A program made the position numbers and the translations under genes. Shown here one piece after another: positions 56,241 through 64,000 of a stretch of DNA of 64,000 nt. The notes below the pieces were generated by a model. That model made no database searches. It saw only the letters and a program-made list of their open reading frames with translations, and had not been told where the DNA came from. Each line of letters opens with the position of its first letter. Position 1 is the stretch's first letter. This DNA comes from the human T2T-CHM13v2.0 reference genome, Homo sapiens. The stretch lies in assembly GCF_009914755.1 (NCBI RefSeq), contig NC_060938.1; one strand, 5' to 3'.

Positions 56241-57815
56241 AGTATCAAAGAAATATAAAATATTGGAAAATCTAATAAGCATGAGTATTCAAGCACAAAG
56301 GATGGAAAATCGGACTGGCATGCTTCTTGATAGCATCTGTGCATACAAAAGTCAGTGGAACAATATTTTCAAACTATTAAAGGAGAGGAAAATCAAACCT
56401 ATTCAGCTAAAGTATCCCACATGCATTTTATTCATTTATTCAGCAAATATTTACTGTACAACCACTATGTGCCAAACAGTACCAGACATTGAGGATAATG
56501 CAGAAAATAAAATGAGAAAAATATCTTATTCCATGCTTTTATGCAATTGTAAAAGCAATTTAATTAACCTGTAATGCTCTCCACATTTCTCAACCACTCT
56601 GGAAAGCTTTGTTCAAACCTTTTCCTTTCCTTTAACAACTGAGGCTCACTGCTAGGGTTTAAGGATGGTGAGCTGAGCCTGTGACCAAAACTGAGCATTC
56701 TCTGAACCACATTGGCATGGCAGTCTTAACTGAGAGCTATGTCCAAGTCTGAAAGTAAACTCAAAAAGGAAAACTGTGGCTTGTGTGGAGATCTTAATTA
56801 TTCATCATCATGAGGAATATTGCTTGGGAATGAGGATGACTTTTAAGCAATTACTTCATAAGGTATATCCAGATGCCACTAGGTTTAAGTGCAGTTGTCA
56901 CCGATGAACCCCTCTTTCTTGTTCCCTCCCTTTTAGGGATATAAAAGCATGACTTATTATTTGCCCTCATTTTCCCCTTGTTTTACAAGAAGGAGTTTTA
57001 TGCAAACCATATGCCACTGTAGAATAAGTGTAATGTCTTTATATAAATACATCTATTTTTAGTTTAGTTGATTTTTTTCAACAGTACCACCATGACCTCA
57101 ATTTTGAAAGTGTTTGCATTTGAATTGTTATTACTATTTTTGTTTACTTCCCAATGTTAACGTAAGTGGTAATCAGTGGAACTGTATATTTGCTTCAGAA
57201 CTCTTTTCAAAATAAATAAAACTTTGCAGATATATGGAACCCACATTCTATCTTTTCTCAAACCTGTTCCCTCCCTCCCTCACTACAGGGAAGAATTATA
57301 TACAGTAGGTACTTTTTTTTCTTTTCCCAAATATGGTTTTATACATTTCCAGCATATATTTGAATACATAGAAATTACACTCTTTGAAGGAAAAAATCTT
57401 ATTTCCTTCCAAAATATTTGCTTTCTTTTCTATGCTAAGAGAAATTTTCTACAACTAAGGTTTTGTTTTGTTTTTTAAGCAACTGAAATAAGGTAAGCAT
57501 AGCATTGTATTGATGCAGAATGTATATAATACAAGGACTACAGTGAGTTCCTTCCCACGATTTGTCTACTTTTATTGCTTCATATATGGCCATGATATTT
57601 TCACACTCTCAAGTAATAATGTCTAAGAATCTGCTGTATGTTCAAGGTAATGCTATCTAGAATTTTATGGTAGAGAATATAAGCATTTTCTCAAGATTTA
57701 CACTACTTAATGTGACAATGCTTCATTTGCTATAATTTCTAAGGCACTAGGAATACACAGACCTAGTTAAATATACAGATTAATCAGTGTTTCTTTTCTT
57801 TATTTCATAACCTAA

Positions 57816-58164
57816 TGATAGATGCAGGAGGCAAAAAGGGGGAGGGCCCCAGAGAATCTCCCACCGGCCTACACACTGCAAGAATGGGTTGGAGCCACGG
57901 GAAGTTTGAGCCATTTGCAGCAGGGAGGAGCTTCGCCTCTTCAGTTCCTGTGCTGTGGCCTGTTATTCAATCTGTGAGGTGGGAGCGCTGGCAGGAATCC
58001 TTCTCATTTTGCTAAGAGTTTTTGTTGTTGTTGTTTTGTTTTTTTCTTTTCGTCCAATAAATTCCGTTCCTGTCACCTTTCAATGTGTCCACATGCCTAA
58101 CTTTTCCTGGTTGTGACACAAGAACCCAGATTTAGCTGAACTAAGGAACAGAAATTCTGCAACA
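57816..58164 (+). mobile_element. ERV1-class solo LTR (MER48/MER61-like) with a 4-bp TSD
   Basis: TG...CA termini, CTAA at 57812-57815 and 58165-58168, internal AATAAA, and end motif caagaacccagatttagctgaactaagga. Confidence 0.82.
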
Positions 58165-58936
58165 CTAATCTCCCTTTTAGAATATATTTTAACAGAAAGG
58201 GGTATGGGGTTGTTTCATGTCAAGAAGCACATTCTTTTAATTTTATTGTTAGGGCAGAATTAGTCTAGTGTAACCTTTATAGGTCAGAATGTAAGAATGA
58301 CAGTTACTTATATACCTTGACTTTTTATTACCTCAAAACAGTAAATTTTATTTGAATGATTTAGAAGACTTATGTTAGAATCTTAACCAAAATGTCTAAT
58401 CCTATACTTGACTTCAGAGAATGTCATTCTATTTCCAATAGATGAAAGCATTTCCCCTCTTCATCTTTACTATAGAGCCATTGCTCTATAATTAATTATT
58501 ATACCTCTATTTATTATAGATCATCAATATAATTTAATTTTTCTCCAAAAATTCCAGTTGAAGTTAATATTAGTCTAATATATGTGCTGGTTACATTATT
58601 TGTAATATGTGGAATACTGGAATGCCTGTTTTACTCTATGGCAAAAAGCCTACTTTATCTCGGTTTGTGCCTTTGCCCATTTACTAAAAATGACTGTGTG
58701 ATTTATTATGATTGCCTGGTTTCCAAGCAACAGTTTTTTCAAGTTGAAATAAAATTGAATACCTTAATATATAACAATGTATTCATGCTTTCTGTATGTT
58801 CATCAAATCTGAATTGTCAAATCCAGTTCACATTATAAAATTGTCATTTATAAAGGAAGACGATTTTTAATTGTCAATGTTGAGTCAATTACAATTGCTT
58901 TATAAACAAGGGTGTTTTCAGTGTATCCATTTGTTA

Positions 58937-59263
<327 letters not shown>

Positions 59264-61174
59264 GCCAATTTTATTTTAAATATTTGATTAAGAAATTATA
59301 ATTCGTATGGCCATTATTATTGATACTGGCATTAATAGCAGAAGTGCTAATTAGGAAAATTCAGTCAAAATTGGGTCGAATCTACAAAAGAATATGTAGC
59401 TATCCAGAGCTTTGATAAGGCTAAGTACTTTTATGTGCCTAATACAATCCAGCCGTGAGCAACCTAAAAAGCGTTGCTTATTACTCATGATTGTTCAAAT
59501 GTACTAAGAATATTTGAGAAAATTCATACCAAAGCCATTTATTTTTATCAAACATTTTTATGTCTGTACTACACAAGCTAATGTGTTCCCGTGTTCATAG
59601 CTACATGTTTACATTTAAAGAAGTAGAAGTCCATAAATAATGAAAACTTACATAGTTCTTAATCCTTAAACTCCTAAGATGAAACTCGACTAGAAACCCC
59701 AAACTCAGGTGATTTCTCTATTGATATATCCAACTTCAGGCTTTCAACATCCTTGTTTCTTAGAAAATTCACATTTGTACTATTAGAAGGCTACCTCCAG
59801 TTTCTGAAGTTGTATTATCAGGGTAGTCTATGTGGAACCAATGGAAATAAATGGGAATCTCTGTAACTATGAGAAAGGATATGGAAGTCACATTCTATTA
59901 AAACAGAAATAATGGAACATGCAGGGACAGCCCTATTCAAACCAGACAACCAGGCACATTTTTAATGTTGCACAAGACTCTGTACCTAGATGATTATCTT
60001 TTATTTCATATTTCATTCTCACAATATCATTATTAAGTTCCCATGAGATAAGTTAAGTCCTTAAAGTGAGTCCTGGAAAACTCATTTTATACAAGAAGAG
60101 GTGTGGACAGAAAGTATTTCAGATATTCAATGAAATTTGCAATGGTGAAATTTTAAGGTTAGAAAAGGCTATTTTTAAGCAGTTGGGACTTCTTGAAACC
60201 TGTGACAAAATAAGTACTAACCACTGCAGGAGCACAAATAAAACAATTTCTTTCTATTTTTTTTTCACTTGGCAAGTGTATTCATTATGCTTCCAAATTC
60301 CATTTTACAGTTTTATTTAAGTCGTTTTGAGATTGCGTGCAAACTATCTCATACATAATTGTTGATACCAATTTGTGGTATTATGCATATGCACAGTAAA
60401 CAATGCACATATTGAAATGCATGCAAATGCAAACAGATTGAAAAAGACTATGTAATGTTTCTTAAATCTTAAAATTTATCAAGTTATTATCTGGGTATCC
60501 AATATGTTACAAAAATATTGTAAAAGAGTTACTATATTGCTAGATGCTTTGAGCATCAATATGACTGATGATCTACGTGACAGAAAAAAATGAAATATTC
60601 ATAAGCATAAAGTTCAATTCATGATGACAAAAAGAAAAAAGCATGTTCATTGAAATCTTTGAAAATTAGATAACTGAAACAAAACAAAACAAAAAAACAC
60701 AAATCTCTTTGGTGAGCAGCCATAGTTAATCTTTTCTGGAAGTAGTAAAAGTAACCAAATTAAACATAAATCCCTGAGGGTCAACAGGTATATAGTGGGC
60801 ACTGAAAATATGCATAGCTGCATAGTTAAAATTGTTGAAAATTTAAATAAAAATATTTTGTTATATTAATGTTAAACTCATAAAATTTTCAAAACTTACA
60901 ATGGCATGTTGTCATTATATAAAAGAGTCATCAATAATTTACTAATAGCATATAATTAGTATTAATATTATACAGTTAGTATTGATATTGCATATTAAGC
61001 CACTCTGTGCTAGATACTGTACTGTAGAATAAGCAGGGGGAGAGGGAGATGTACTTCAGAAAGGAATGACATTTTTCTTGCTTTTGAAATGATTTCATAA
61101 ATTTATCTGTACAATGTATACCCCCAAAATGAGTGCTTAAGCTTACTTTTCTTAAAATGAGATGAGTCCTTAAA

Positions 61175-61197
61175 ATAATAATAATAATAATAATAAT
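61175..61197. repeat. (AAT)n microsatellite
   Basis: aataataataataataataat read directly. Confidence 0.9.
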
Positions 61198-61809
61198 TTT
61201 ACTGAGAGTTTACTGTGTGCTACTAAATTCATAGTCCTAAAATACTTAAAATAGGAAGTAATAGTTGGGACCAGAATTACTGAACTTTCTTTTTGGAAGT
61301 AAATAGGTGCCTAGGACATGCTGAATAAACCTGGATATTGATAGAAACACTGAGCCTTGTCATTGCCTTGTTTTATAAAATAAAACCTATCATGGCACTT
61401 TCTAGTAAAACCATTAATTAAAAAAGATGATTATGCACAAGTTCTGTTTAAAATTTGGTAAGATTTCACTATTCTATCACTGATATAAATTAGAGTATAT
61501 ATTTACTTGCCATCTGTTAGCTAGAACTTTACACTTTATAACTGTCTAACAATAGGTTAATGTATCCTTTATAATACAACTCTAGGAAGGGAGATAATTT
61601 TCTTTGTTTGAATCACTGTAATATTCCCACAGTCTAGACTAGTATTTATTAAAATGATGTATAACCATAATAGAGTCAATTACTCAGTAGAGAGATGTAT
61701 CTTTCTGGATCAGAAGGAAATCATTTTGCCCACCCGGACAAAATGTGCCATTATTTAAATTTAATGGCACATTAAAAATGTGCCAATACATAGATTAATT
61801 ACCAATTGA

Positions 61810-62166
<357 letters not shown>

Positions 62167-64000
62167 TGCTTGTCTTGCTTTCTAGCAAATCAGTTGTGGA
62201 TTTTGCATTTTCATCTTCCACTAACAAGTGTTCTATCAGTCCTCTCATTCTAACAATTTGAGAATACCTGCTGATCTAATTTGCAAAATGCCAATTCTCT
62301 CCTGTTGACCTCTATATTATTCTAATGATTAGATTCACATGACATTTTTGAATTTAGACCTCTATTGTTCTCATAATATACCACTGTAAATTTTGTCCAA
62401 GAGACTTTTGATGAAACAGTGCCTACAGAAATAGATATTATACATATGTATTTGATTTCCATATGTATAATTTGCTTAGGCTTTTATTTTCCTATTGCAT
62501 ACTTATGTGTTGCTCTCATTTCTTAGCTGAATTACTTTGTGACACCATTTTTCATATCATTCATGTCTCTACTCAAATGCCATCTCCTTAGAGAGGCATT
62601 CCTTGACCACAATATCTTATACAAAAGCAATGCTACTCTTTTTCCATTATCTGATTGTATTCTACCCCTCAAAAATATTACTAGTACCTGATACAACAGT
62701 AACTGTTTATTTGTATACAGTATTAGTATTTCTTCCTAAATAAAAAGGAAAGTTTCACAAAGTAGGAATTTTTCCTGAGTACGTAGTTAAGGTACTTTCT
62801 GTCTTCTCCTTAGCTCAGAATGAGAGGCACATCTTTGTCCTAGGAATTAGCATATTATGTACCAATTTAAAGGCAACAAAAAGAGTTGCAGGCACCATTG
62901 TGTTACATTGATATAAGTCCCCACAAAGAGACAATAACCCTCACACATATCATCACACCACTATCATATCAGAAATAAAACCAAAATGATCCTTAAAATT
63001 ACAATTTCTGGTGCTTATTACAAAATATGAACTAACAATTTGGAGTGGTATAAACCTCTTTCAAAATTTCAGAAGCTAAAAATGTAAAACAAAAGCTATT
63101 TGCAGTGCCTAGAGTAGGCTGACTGAAAGGGGATGGAAATAGCTAAAGCTCTAGCTCTTTATTTCCTAGTACTTTATATGCTAACTGGACCAAATTTTAT
63201 CTTCTGCCACCTCTCTCTTAGCTTTTGTGGCACTCTAACCCTGATCAATTCTTTGGAGCTATTTAGGATTATTCTATCCTATTTTAAAATTGTGATTATT
63301 GAGATAGAAAATTTAAAATAATTATTTAAGTAAGCATGAAAATGTAGTATTGATTGAAACATTTAGGAGTCTTAACCACTTTCAAAGCAGGACTAATTGC
63401 CTCCACGACAATGCCTCCTGGATTCTCATAAGTTCTTATTCGTCAAGAGTTTGCTGTGCAAGTGATCTGTCTTATAAACTGTCCATAGGTTTTTACATAT
63501 CCACCAGACATAATACATCCTCAAAATATATAGATTTAAACTGTATTCCAGATCTGAAGATTTCTAATTTCTTACTCCTGAACATAATTTAGGGTTATAA
63601 ATGTAGCCACTAAATCTTTAGGTAATTTACCTTACCTCATATAGTTTTTAAGAATAAGTAAAATGTCAAATGAACATGAGAGAAATTATTGCTTCATTTC
63701 AATTAGTGTGCTTGATTATTTGAAATTAGATTCCTTCTTTCCCCAGATTGAAGTATAAGTCCACTTTCCATCAAGATGGTTTGAAAATTGTCCCAAAATA
63801 ATGAACATGTGGGAAATGTAAAGATCAGCTTCTGCTACCTTCCCAAATTTTCAATCATTTGGCATACAGAATGAATTTTAACGATGCCAGCTTTCCCTCT
63901 ATGTCTGTTTTATTTGTTGCATAGCATTAATTGCTTTCTAACCGTTAATTTTTTGTCTGCTTCCTACTCTACCAAACTATACGCTTCATGAGATCATGGA

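Overview
AT-rich primate (almost certainly human) genomic DNA lying inside the neuronal adhesion gene MDGA2 (MAM domain-containing GPI anchor protein 2), transcribed on the minus strand. Six GT-AG coding exons (178, 21, 156, 159, 131 and 106 nt; 751 nt in total) splice in frame and encode the C-terminal half of the FN3 domain, a short linker and the whole MAM domain. The upstream Ig-domain exons and the terminal GPI-signal exon lie outside the window. The rest is intron filled with Alu, L1 (one 2.26-kb 5'-truncated L1PA2-like copy), MIR, MaLR/ERV solo LTRs, DNA-transposon relics and microsatellites. Nearly all ORFs in the supplied track are repeat-derived or chance ORFs. I found no evidence of a new gene system. 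The most interesting signals are: a 21-nt frame-preserving microexon with neural (SRRM4-type) 3' splice-site architecture; an unusually weak AU-rich acceptor on the next exon; a tail-less, TSD-less fragment of a young L1; and several short paired duplications. Repeat subfamily names come from recalled consensus sequences and are approximate.
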